From the IMG/VR virus record IMGVR_UViG_3300012347_000104, positions 8,513-72,512 of that record: 64,000 nucleotides of DNA; one strand, written 5' to 3'. This document shows, one piece after another, positions 8,493 through 17,311 of this stretch. Origin of the DNA: a virus. Taxonomy: Duplodnaviria > Caudoviricetes. The translations under genes and the position numbers were made by a program. The stretch's first letter is position 1. Every line of letters begins with the position of its first letter. A model generated the notes under the pieces. It was given only the letters and a program-made list of their open reading frames with translations, made no database searches and was not told where the DNA came from.

Positions 8493-11174
8493 TTATGCGT
8501 AAATGCTTGTTAATGAATACCACTGAGTTGTTGAGGTAGAGTATAATACTAACTTACCGTCAACTCCTATTGTGACTGATGCACCTGCTAAGTTTTTGTC
8601 AATGAGTGACCCTGTAGGAGGGAAGACTTTTATTGGACTTGTTGATGCGTTGATAATCACAATGTTTAAACCGGCTACTGTCGCAGGTAATCTAACTGAG
8701 TCTGCTGAACTTGCTGTAGCTGAGGTTACTACGTTAAATTCTTTAGTAAGTACAAACGCAGAACCTATAGAAGTACCTGTTGCAGAGATTCCAGCATCCA
8801 CACTGTGTATGAAGAATCCTGATGCTGATAGATTGCCACCAGATATTGATGTTGCACCAGAGATGCCGCCACTTAGTGTAAGTGATGTTAGTGTGCCAAG
8901 TGAAGTAATAGTTGGTTGTGAAGAAGCAGAGACAGTCCCTGCAGTTATAGCTGTGTCAGCATCAGTTGCACTAGCTACTTTACTTACGTTTGCACCATTG
9001 ATGCTTTCTAAATTCGCACCATTACCTTGAAACAATGTACCTACGACCGTTCCTAATGATGCATTACCACCACTGATATAACCGTTAGAATAAATCGTTG
9101 CTCCACCTGTCTTTAAGTTTCCACCTGTGATATTACCGGTAGCAGAAATGAGACCAGTAGTCCCAATGTTTCCTAAGTTTGCGTTAGATGTTACATTCAG
9201 TGTACCTGCCGTAGATAAGTTACCAGCAGTTGCGGTACCTGTCACTGATAGTAGGCCTGCTGCATTGATGTTAGCCATATTGCTATCACCTGCACGTAGA
9301 ATTCCAGTTATGTTTAGATTACCACCATTGACATTTCCAACTACATTTAATCCTGTTCCCGCACTAATGACCGTACCTGCGACAGACATAGATCCTATTG
9401 CAGAACTATTAAAAGTAACTTCTGTATTAGAACATGTTAGAACGGTGACACCTGATGCTGAAGTGTTGTACCCGGTTGGAGTAACTCCCTGAACAACAAT
9501 AGTTTGCCCAACTGCGAAAGGAGGGAACGTTTGTGTAGGGAACGCAATTGTTGCTATCATACCGTCACCGGATGTAGCAGTAATCGATAAGTTCGCCCCA
9601 ATTGATAATGTGTTAGCCATCTTAGCGCCAGCAGCCATATTCATGATGCCAGCAGCAGTGACGTTGCCTAATGAAGAATTACCTACAACAGTCAATATAC
9701 CTTCAGCCGTAACATTCGAGCGACCTAAAAAGTCACCAGTAATGTCAGCAAGACCAGATGAGTATAGAGATGCACCTGCTAATTGACCGTTTGTTGTGAT
9801 GAAGCTGCCATTAGTTGTGTTAATGTTTCCGGTAATGTTAGCATTACCAGTTGTAGCGATTGTCGCAGCAGATACTAAACCAGAAGTAGTTAGACTTCCT
9901 ACGTTTGCTGCTCCGTCAACTTTAAGAATTCCACTTGCTACAAGGTTCGCACCTTCTACGTTTCCTGATACTGCAACCTTTACACCATTTACGTTTGTAG
10001 TTGTGATATTACCAATACTTGCATCACCGGCTACTTCTAAGTAACCGCTAGTAGATAAGTTACCACCAGTAACTGTACTAGTTGCAGATAATATTCCTAG
10101 AGAGATAACACTATTTGCAGACACTGTTCCTGTATTTGCAAATACATTACCACCAGTAGATAAGTTACCAACTGTTGCTGTCTTCGTAACTGACATTGCA
10201 CCACTAGTGATTACGTTGCCACCTTCAACGTTGCCTTGAATTGTCAATAGGCTTGTTGTTTTGTTATATGCTAGTCCAGGAACAGCAGCAGCTTTACCAC
10301 CATCGTTGAACATAACAGCCATGTTGTTAGAAGGTCCGCCAGGAGCATCAAGTGTTGCGCCCGGTGGTAATACAATATTACCTGTAATAGTTCCAGCAGT
10401 GAACACACCGGATACATTCATAGTTGATGCATTTACTGCATATGAATCTAGGTTACCTACTAGAGAAATGTTACCACTAGACAAATTACCGTCAACTTGT
10501 AATCCTTGAAGAATACCTACGCGGGTAATATTACCTTGGTCAGGTGTTGTTAATGGACCTGCAATTTCAACACCTGTAATTTGATCCGCTTCAACAGTAC
10601 CAACACTCAAATTTCCAGTTACCAAACCAGAAGAAATTTGAAATCCTTCGTCAGATGAAGAAATTGACTGACCACCAATCCTAATTGTGTTACCTGATAA
10701 CCACAAGTCTCGCCATCTGTTAGTCGGGGAACCTAAGTCCAAAATACTGTTACCTTCAGGAACCAAAGCTGATTTCACTACACCGGTGACGTTAAGGTTA
10801 GCTATTTGTATATTTCCCGAGAAGTTACCGTTAACTGTTGAAATGGTATTCGCTAGACCAATAACGAAGGGAGTGGTATCAGAAACTACAGCTACGTTTG
10901 AGAAACTAGTACTTAATTCCGGCTTAACTACTAAACTGTTAGGAGTTGTTTTAATTGTAACGTTTGCAACGTTTGCATATACTACTAAATTTCCAGAAAT
11001 GCGCTCGTCTTCATTACGCAAACCAAAGCCTGGAACTACTTCTAACACACCCTGTTTCAGTGAGTTAGTGTACAAATCTGTGAAGTTATCTTGTATTTTT
11101 TGAAATGCTTCTCTAATCGATTCCGCTGAGGGATCGTTAGGGAAAGAACCAAAGTCAATATACTGCTGAGTCAT
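8493..11174 (-). CDS. Glycine/asparagine-rich tail fibre-like protein
   Basis: N-terminal IDFGSFPND...IREAFQKIQDNF (T4 gp9/gp10-type anchor); many GN(I/V)xGGNLxTxG repeats; C-terminal receptor-type domain. Confidence 0.75.
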   Translation of the reverse strand: MTQQYIDFGSFPNDPSAESIREAFQKIQDNFTDLYTNSLKQGVLEVVPGFGLRNEDERISGNLVVYANVANVTIKTTPNSLVVKPELSTSFSNVAVVSDTTPFVIGLANTISTVNGNFSGNIQIANLNVTGVVKSALVPEGNSILDLGSPTNRWRDLWLSGNTIRIGGQSISSSDEGFQISSGLVTGNLSVGTVEADQITGVEIAGPLTTPDQGNITRVGILQGLQVDGNLSSGNISLVGNLDSYAVNASTMNVSGVFTAGTITGNIVLPPGATLDAPGGPSNNMAVMFNDGGKAAAVPGLAYNKTTSLLTIQGNVEGGNVITSGAMSVTKTATVGNLSTGGNVFANTGTVSANSVISLGILSATSTVTGGNLSTSGYLEVAGDASIGNITTTNVNGVKVAVSGNVEGANLVASGILKVDGAANVGSLTTSGLVSAATIATTGNANITGNINTTNGSFITTNGQLAGASLYSSGLADITGDFLGRSNVTAEGILTVVGNSSLGNVTAAGIMNMAAGAKMANTLSIGANLSITATSGDGMIATIAFPTQTFPPFAVGQTIVVQGVTPTGYNTSASGVTVLTCSNTEVTFNSSAIGSMSVAGTVISAGTGLNVVGNVNGGNLNITGILRAGDSNMANINAAGLLSVTGTATAGNLSTAGTLNVTSNANLGNIGTTGLISATGNITGGNLKTGGATIYSNGYISGGNASLGTVVGTLFQGNGANLESINGANVSKVASATDADTAITAGTVSASSQPTITSLGTLTSLTLSGGISGATSISGGNLSASGFFIHSVDAGISATGTSIGSAFVLTKEFNVVTSATASSADSVRLPATVAGLNIVIINASTSPIKVFPPTGSLIDKNLAGASVTIGVDGKLVLYSTSTTQWYSLTSIYA

Positions 11175-11214
11175 GTTAAATCTACCTTATGTTGTATTTA
11201 TCATAAAGTATGAC

Positions 11215-11246
11215 CAAAAAAATAGCCCACCGAAGTGAGCTATTTA
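11215..11246 (-). terminator. Intrinsic terminator
   Basis: Minus-strand AUAGCUCAC-UUCG-GUGGGCUAU followed by a U-run. Confidence 0.85.
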
Positions 11247-11261
11247 AAATACGGTTTCTTA

Positions 11262-13325
11262 TTATAGGCCGCTTAATTTCTTGTAGTCAGCTAGAAGATT
11301 TGACGATTGTTTCATCAATTTAGTTTCCATTGTGACTTTTTGTACATTACCAGTTGCTTGACTGTTCTTGATTCTGTGCATGTCGTTACCCATACTTAAC
11401 AATGCTCTCAACTGAGCTAATTCTGTTTCGGCTGGATCATTTGCTGAGTTAGCAAAGTTTTCTTCTACTTGCTCAGTCTCGCACTCATGACCTTCTTGCA
11501 TTGCACAACCACATTCGTTGCAGTTTTCTTCTTCTTCTTTAACTGGGTACTCTTTACCACCTACGTTAATTTTTTCGCCAGGTTGAATTCCATCTTGTTT
11601 TGCTTTAGCAACTGCGCCGCTAAATGCATTACCTTCTTCAACTTCTTCATCACCTGAAAGTTCGTCTTGAATGTCGCTACCTAAACTTGCACCTGAAATT
11701 GCTGCTGATGGAGTCTTACCTAATGCTGCACCTGCTACGCCGCCTAAAGCTGCGCCGACCATGCCTTCATCAGTTTCTTCTTTTTCTTCTTCACCGTCTG
11801 CTGGCTCTAAAGTACCGACTTCTGCACCTTCTTCGTCTTCATAATCTTGTCCAGATTGTTCTTCACTTGAAGGACCGTCTTCGATACCAGCCATTTTCTT
11901 CATCATAGAAAGCATGTCATCGCCGTCACCAACTACACCTGGAGCTGGTTGAGGTTGAGTACCTGTACCGTTAAATTCTTCTTCGCCACCTTGAGTTACA
12001 CCGTAACCGAATTCTGGCTTCTCATCGCCGCCGAATACACCGATACCAGCTTGGCGTAGAACAGTTAGTAACTGGTCTGAGTCACCCTCAGTAGCAGTGA
12101 TAGTTACTGAATCCGGGGCACCCTGTTGTCCTTGACTTGAAGATACAGTGATACCTTCGGCTAAAATTGAGTTAAGTTGGTTAGCCCAACCTTCTACTTG
12201 CATATCTTTCATATTTGTACTTTCTGAGAATGGATTTGATGGCTTACGTAAGCCAGAGATAAAGTTAATTGCTCTATCAGTTGTTGCAGCAATTGGATCA
12301 GTACCGAACGGAGTAGGTTCTGCTACAGGGCGATTAGCTGTTGTAGGAGTTCCTCTTGGAGCTGCCATTGATGTTCCTGTTCTAGAAAAGTCACTAGTTG
12401 GCTTAACACCTTGAATTGCGAAGTCTTGTGCTGCGCTTTCATCAGTAATTTTCTTTTTAGCATGTCCGTGAACTTTCAAGAATGCTTCTAGTTTATCACT
12501 GCAATGACCTGTATTTACGAATGTTTCAATATCATCCTGTAACTCGGCTAACATTTCTTGTGCTGTTTCTTGACTTTCTGCATTCATTTCATTGAAACTA
12601 ATGCTCTCAGCAACTTTCTTTCTAGCTTCTTTGTCGGCAACAGCTTTCTTGAAAGATTCTTTCTTGTTTTTGTCTTTGTCAACATCTAAGAAGTCCGGCT
12701 TCTTACCTTCAGACATATTTTGTTCTGTTTGTGCTACGTGTTGTGCTAATTCTTTAGTGAACTGCTTCAACTTGTCACGGAAGTTTTGATCCCAATCATG
12801 GCTTTGTTCGCCGTGAGGAGTAGATTTACGTGCATCGTATTCACCGGTGTCAACTTCTTCAGTCATGTCACCATCTTCAATACCACCGATACTAAGTTGA
12901 CCTTGACCAATAGCTTGCTTGATTTGATTAGCAAGTTGTGGGTTCGAAACTGTACCTAATGTCTTATCACCTTGTTGGATGACTTGAGTGTTTTGTTGTG
13001 CTGGCTTGATTTGAACTTGTTCAGCTTCTTCGATATATTCTTTTAAAGAATGTTTCTTGGATACTGTGCCAACGTCTTTCTTTGGCTTTTGACCGCCGCC
13101 AAATACAGAGCCAAGAGACTTCGTATCATATGATTTAACTTCACCTGAATCATCAGCACCTTTCTTTGGACGTCCACGTCCGCGTTTTTCAGTAGATGCT
13201 GATGACTTCTTCTCATCATCACCGTCGTATGATGTACCATAGTCACCTCTATGAACACGACCTGTTTTCGTGTCTTTTGTTTCAGCTTCGCTCAATGTCG
13301 AAAGTGATTTCAATAAATCTTTCAT
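11262..13325 (-). CDS. Large acidic low-complexity protein, putative prohead core/internal protein
   Basis: 687 aa, very E/D rich, many hydrophobic-x-E motifs typical of prohead-protease substrates; ends KKLSGL. Confidence 0.6.
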   Translation of the reverse strand: MKDLLKSLSTLSEAETKDTKTGRVHRGDYGTSYDGDDEKKSSASTEKRGRGRPKKGADDSGEVKSYDTKSLGSVFGGGQKPKKDVGTVSKKHSLKEYIEEAEQVQIKPAQQNTQVIQQGDKTLGTVSNPQLANQIKQAIGQGQLSIGGIEDGDMTEEVDTGEYDARKSTPHGEQSHDWDQNFRDKLKQFTKELAQHVAQTEQNMSEGKKPDFLDVDKDKNKKESFKKAVADKEARKKVAESISFNEMNAESQETAQEMLAELQDDIETFVNTGHCSDKLEAFLKVHGHAKKKITDESAAQDFAIQGVKPTSDFSRTGTSMAAPRGTPTTANRPVAEPTPFGTDPIAATTDRAINFISGLRKPSNPFSESTNMKDMQVEGWANQLNSILAEGITVSSSQGQQGAPDSVTITATEGDSDQLLTVLRQAGIGVFGGDEKPEFGYGVTQGGEEEFNGTGTQPQPAPGVVGDGDDMLSMMKKMAGIEDGPSSEEQSGQDYEDEEGAEVGTLEPADGEEEKEETDEGMVGAALGGVAGAALGKTPSAAISGASLGSDIQDELSGDEEVEEGNAFSGAVAKAKQDGIQPGEKINVGGKEYPVKEEEENCNECGCAMQEGHECETEQVEENFANSANDPAETELAQLRALLSMGNDMHRIKNSQATGNVQKVTMETKLMKQSSNLLADYKKLSGL

Positions 13326-13334
13326 ATCGTGTCC

Positions 13335-13547
13335 TTATTTTCTCTTGTCTAGTTTATCTTCGATTCTTGTAAGTTGCTTTGCAACTTCAGCAATTTTGTC
13401 ATTCATACCTTCTTGACGTACACTATTGATAGTTAACTTATTGTCAACTTCTTTAATCTTACTGTCGATGGTTAAGTAGCCACCGCCACCTATACCACAT
13501 GCACTAATAACGATCCATGATAATTGTTTGGCGGTGAAGTCAACCAT
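13335..13547 (-). CDS. Small membrane protein with coiled coil (holin/antiholin-like candidate)
   Basis: N-terminal hydrophobic helix LSWIVISACGIGGGGYL, then coiled coil ending RIEDKLDKRK. Confidence 0.6.
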   Translation of the reverse strand: MVDFTAKQLSWIVISACGIGGGGYLTIDSKIKEVDNKLTINSVRQEGMNDKIAEVAKQLTRIEDKLDKRK

Positions 13548-13548
13548 T

Positions 13549-14157
13549 TTAGTTTCCAGCCTTTCTTGATCCAGTTGCTGGGCGCTCCGGACGATTAACT
13601 TTACTCATTGGACTAGTAGTGTTTACACCTTCTTTGCTGTTATTAGGAGCAGTTGCAGTCTTTTGACCTGCGTAAGGGATGTCAATACTTGGCTTCTTAG
13701 GAACTACTTGGTCTAAGTACTGATTAGCATATGCTTGACCAGCTTCTTTGCCACCGTCGGGCATGATTTCTTGAGTCAGTAATACAGTATCTTTACCTTG
13801 TTCATTAGCAAACTTGTCTGCTTCTGAATTGATACTATCAGTAAAGTCAGTTGTTAGAACACGAACTGTATTGATATTCTTACCTAGTAATTGAGCAACT
13901 TGTTGAATCATAGGCTCTGTCGCTGGGTACTTAAATTCTGCTTTAATGATAGTTACAGATTCATTCTCCATATCAGGGAAACCATATGGAGATTTCTGTA
14001 CTGGAGTTGTCTTTGGTTCTTCAATCTTTACTGGATCGAATTTCTGTAGATTGTGTTTAAACATCTCGATAAAGTTTTTATCGACATCGCCGGCGATTTT
14101 AATCGTGTAGCGATATGTTCTTGCACTTTCCATTAAGTAGTGTTTCAGGCTTTGCAT
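13549..14157 (-). CDS. Hypothetical protein, probable virion component
   Basis: Likely start MQSLKHYLME at 14157 after a TAAATA motif (ORF track starts upstream at 14229). Confidence 0.7.
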   Translation of the reverse strand: MQSLKHYLMESARTYRYTIKIAGDVDKNFIEMFKHNLQKFDPVKIEEPKTTPVQKSPYGFPDMENESVTIIKAEFKYPATEPMIQQVAQLLGKNINTVRVLTTDFTDSINSEADKFANEQGKDTVLLTQEIMPDGGKEAGQAYANQYLDQVVPKKPSIDIPYAGQKTATAPNNSKEGVNTTSPMSKVNRPERPATGSRKAGN

Positions 14158-14185
14158 CTTTTGTATTCCTATTATATTATTTATC

Positions 14186-14677
14186 TTAATCAGCTTTTTT
14201 GCTTCCCAAGATTTGCTTGAGTAGTTCATTGCGGTCTACTAAGCTACCCTCTCCTACTGGGGTATTTTCAATCTCTTCTGGACCTTTTGAGGTGGCAATT
14301 TTATGATCCATTTGTGCTTTTTTCATCTGCAAATCAAGCATTTTGAGTTTCTTGTTGATTTTTGCAGTCTTAGAAGTTATAGCATGTCCCAAGAATGAAC
14401 TTGCACTATTGAAGATTTCACTTGCAAATCGACTATCTACTTGCATACCCAAGTCCATTAAATCTTTGTAGCTTGACGTTGCTAACTCAGCAAGCTCATC
14501 CATTTCAGTATCACTGGCTTCTAAGCCCCTTACTTGAGGAAGTGCTTGTTCAATTTTCTCTAACGTGTTGAGGGCATCTACTGTTGCTTCTTCCACTGAT
14601 TCCTCAGGGATTTCAATGTTATCAGGTAACTGGTCGTTTTCGGGCAGTTCAAATAATTCACTGAGTTTTTTGGTCAT
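14186..14677 (-). CDS. Putative terminase small subunit (gp16-like)
   Basis: Size, acidic N-terminus, helical-hairpin core and coiled-coil tail resemble the T4 gp16 layout; no diagnostic motif. Confidence 0.45.
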   Translation of the reverse strand: MTKKLSELFELPENDQLPDNIEIPEESVEEATVDALNTLEKIEQALPQVRGLEASDTEMDELAELATSSYKDLMDLGMQVDSRFASEIFNSASSFLGHAITSKTAKINKKLKMLDLQMKKAQMDHKIATSKGPEEIENTPVGEGSLVDRNELLKQILGSKKAD

Positions 14678-14704
14678 ACTACTATCCTATAATAGTAGTA
14701 TTTA

Positions 14705-15142
14705 TTACTTGCGTTTTCCCTGATGAAAAAGGTCATCTTCAGTGATTACTCTAAACGTAAGTCTTGCTTGTTTGCACCAAGCCATTGCTGCTGCCCATTT
14801 TGCATGGTTAACTGCTACTACTGCTCTATCTCTAGCATTAGCAACTTTACTTTCAATCAGACTTTGCTTCTTGGGTTTGATTTCTACAACTTCTGCGATT
14901 TGTTGTCCATGCTTGTTTTGATAGACAATGAAGAAGTCAGGTATGTATGAGTGCATCTTACCGTCTAGTGGGCTACGATACGGGATAGCGATTGCTTCAC
15001 TAGCCCACTGAACTACGTGTGAGTTTCTGTCACAAAATTGCATGAAGGTAAATTCCCAACCACTACGATATCTAGGTTTACTATTACCTACATATTTTGC
15101 AGGGTTAGTGGGGGTAAATATTCCCTGTGCAAACTTAGCCAT
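14705..15142 (-). CDS. gp4: Head completion protein (T4 gp4, TnsA-like PD-(D/E)XK fold)
   Basis: KYVG...YRSGWE..FM..CD....V..WASE, Y.PDF, VEIKP, KWAAA..WC, F.VITE. Confidence 0.9.
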   Translation of the reverse strand: MAKFAQGIFTPTNPAKYVGNSKPRYRSGWEFTFMQFCDRNSHVVQWASEAIAIPYRSPLDGKMHSYIPDFFIVYQNKHGQQIAEVVEIKPKKQSLIESKVANARDRAVVAVNHAKWAAAMAWCKQARLTFRVITEDDLFHQGKRK

Positions 15143-15504
15143 TAGATTATCACATTTCTTTGAACAAATTCATTGGGTGTTGGGGTAGCATTAATACCGT
15201 ATAATGAGGTTTTGCTCTTGATACTGTTGAGATAGAAAGCAAGCATATAGTTTGCCTCAGTGCTACTTTTGCCTCTGAACTCGTCCAACAATGTTAGTAC
15301 ATCATTGTCAGTTAGTGCTGAAATTCTAAACAAAAGCGTAGTGAAATTTTGAGCTACTGATTTGCTCTTAGTTGATTCTAAGAATGAAGAATACACAATT
15401 TCATAACGGTTAGCTTCAACTACTACTTGAAAGTTATAAAATTGGTCTGTTAATTTAACAGTATTGTCTAGGCCTGACCTAGGAGCATCTACGATATTTG
15501 CCAT
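15142..15504 (-). CDS. Hypothetical protein
   Basis: 120-aa ORF coupled to gp4, TAAATA upstream. Confidence 0.7.
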   Translation of the reverse strand: MANIVDAPRSGLDNTVKLTDQFYNFQVVVEANRYEIVYSSFLESTKSKSVAQNFTTLLFRISALTDNDVLTLLDEFRGKSSTEANYMLAFYLNSIKSKTSLYGINATPTPNEFVQRNVII

Positions 15505-15524
15505 ATGTTACCTCGTAGAAGTAT

Positions 15525-16613
15525 TTATTTCTTATTAACAGTTGAGTTAATTGTCGGGAATTGGAATGGTAAGTTTCTATTTGCAGTTCCCTGAGCACTA
15601 GACGTAAGCATTCCGGTCGCTTCACCTTTTGCCATAGCAGTAAGATTTTGACCTTTGAATGTCTTAGCTGTTCTACCTGCAGTTTGAGCAGCACGTAACA
15701 ACGACATTGGATCACCTGAGCTTAAATCATCCCAGATACTTCCTGCGGCGTCAGCTAAACCACCTTGACCTAGTAATGTTGCTTGTCCACCTGCACGTGC
15801 TAACGGACTCTTTACTGTATCATAGTGAGCATTCTCTCCAAACAACTGGACTATTGCGTCAGGTTTTCTACCATCGACTTGACCTTCATAATACTTTACA
15901 GTTTCATACTGTAACGTCATTTGATGTTCCATAGTACCTTCTTGAGAATAGTCATATGTGTCGTGGCTAAAACTTTCAATCATCGGATTAATCAATCGAT
16001 ACAATACAAAATTGTGTTGATTGAATCCATATATATTGATAGCTCTAAAGTATGAGACTTTTGATTTGTTTGTAGTTGTTGCTGATTCACCTACATATCC
16101 CCAATCGTCATACCCTTTAATGTTATCAGTGTATTGATTTCGTGTAACGATGTTGTTAGGTGTTCCGGTCGAGTTAGGTTTATTAGTTGGATTAATGTCA
16201 CCTGATTGAACCATGTCTTTAAAGTAATATGAACTGTACGCCTGCCACAATTTTCTTGCCATTCCAGCATTGTCATCATGTAGGGTTAAGTTTACAGGAT
16301 CATATTTGAGTTTAGTTTGTACAAGTCTTTTACGATTGTACTGATTCATAGTGTGTAAATCTAACGTAAATTTTGGTAGTTGAACTGATTTAACGTTCAA
16401 TCCGAAATTTTGTTTTGCATCCCATGGAACAAAACTACTGCCATTTAACTCTGGGTTTATGTCAAAGTATACGTGAAAGAGAAACTTAAACTTCGGTGCA
16501 TTGGCATACATGTTAGCAACGAATGTCTTACTTGCGTGTTGATAATCACGCAAGTATTCATTGCCAAAAAATGCCTCTGAACCGCTTTTAACAAACCCAG
16601 ATAAAAATGACAT
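15525..16613 (-). CDS. Tail tube-family protein (gp19/gp48/gp54-like, probable tube initiator)
   Basis: KFLFHVYF, VKSVQLP, QYNRKR..QTK..YDPVNLTLHDD, F.HD.YDY, M.LQYE motifs; adjacent to the tube gene. Confidence 0.75.
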   Translation of the reverse strand: MSFLSGFVKSGSEAFFGNEYLRDYQHASKTFVANMYANAPKFKFLFHVYFDINPELNGSSFVPWDAKQNFGLNVKSVQLPKFTLDLHTMNQYNRKRLVQTKLKYDPVNLTLHDDNAGMARKLWQAYSSYYFKDMVQSGDINPTNKPNSTGTPNNIVTRNQYTDNIKGYDDWGYVGESATTTNKSKVSYFRAINIYGFNQHNFVLYRLINPMIESFSHDTYDYSQEGTMEHQMTLQYETVKYYEGQVDGRKPDAIVQLFGENAHYDTVKSPLARAGGQATLLGQGGLADAAGSIWDDLSSGDPMSLLRAAQTAGRTAKTFKGQNLTAMAKGEATGMLTSSAQGTANRNLPFQFPTINSTVNKK

Positions 16614-16619
16614 TAGTTA

Positions 16620-17246
16620 TTAACCTAGACCAGTAACTGATGCACCACCGAAAGCACGACCAACAGAAGTACCCAAGCCAGAAGCCAATGGAGACTGAAT
16701 CGCGTTGTCGAAACGAACTTGTAACTGAATAGATGCAACTTCGCTTGACTTGTAATCCATATTGTTATAGTTTACAGTCTTAATGAAGCAACCATATAGT
16801 TCCCAAGTTTCTAGAACTGTAGGAGTCAATACGCCATTACCGCCATCAAGTACTTCGTAATTGAGTTGGAATTTGTAGTCTTGACCTGTCGCAGCAGAAG
16901 CCTGCTCAACGAAGTCCATTTGCTTTTGTAGTTGTTGACCAACTAACTTAGTTACGTTGCCTTGAGCATCGTCACGTAAGTTGATAGTTGTTTCTGACCA
17001 TGAGTGCTTACCAGCCAAGTATACCTTGCTGTTGTAAACGTCAAGTACAGTTTCGTCAAATGATAGTTGAGGACGAGTAATGTCCATAACTTGTTTTGTC
17101 AATTCCTGTGTTGAACCACCTACGCCAAAGTTTAAGAACAATGCTCTAAAACGATATTGTAGTTTTGGCATCAATAGACCTTGACTATTAGATGAAGCAT
17201 CTGCTGCTACGGTCATATTGAACAGTGATTGTGAGGCTGTTGCCAT
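16620..17246 (-). CDS. gp19: Tail tube protein
   Basis: QYRFRALF, DITRPQLSF, YLAGKHSW, TINLRDD, WELYGCF, IQLQVRFDNA; follows the sheath gene. Confidence 0.88.
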   Translation of the reverse strand: MATASQSLFNMTVAADASSNSQGLLMPKLQYRFRALFLNFGVGGSTQELTKQVMDITRPQLSFDETVLDVYNSKVYLAGKHSWSETTINLRDDAQGNVTKLVGQQLQKQMDFVEQASAATGQDYKFQLNYEVLDGGNGVLTPTVLETWELYGCFIKTVNYNNMDYKSSEVASIQLQVRFDNAIQSPLASGLGTSVGRAFGGASVTGLG

Positions 17247-17282
17247 ATTATTATCTCCTATGTATATATTTATCTGTTTACA

Positions 17283-17310
17283 TAAGCCCCTTTTCAGGGG
17301 CTTATTTTTG
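17283..17310. terminator. Terminator-like hairpin between sheath and tube genes
   Basis: TAAGCCCCT-TTTC-AGGGGCTTA (GAAA loop on the minus strand); the T-run is on the plus side only. Confidence 0.6.
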
Positions 17311-17311
17311 A

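Noticed and set aside
8572-11103. Several plus-strand ORFs of 80-150 aa opposite the fibre gene, and similar ones opposite most large genes
   Set aside because: These are antisense shadows of Gly/Ala/Thr-rich genes with biased codon use. They lack an RBS or promoter and have no motifs.
8493-11174. Diversity-generating retroelement target in the fibre repeats
   Set aside because: No reverse transcriptase is present, and I found no template/variable repeat pair differing only at adenines.
14705-15142. TnsA-like endonuclease as a transposon gene
   Set aside because: The motifs and context match T4 gp4 head completion protein. There are no terminal repeats or other Tns genes.
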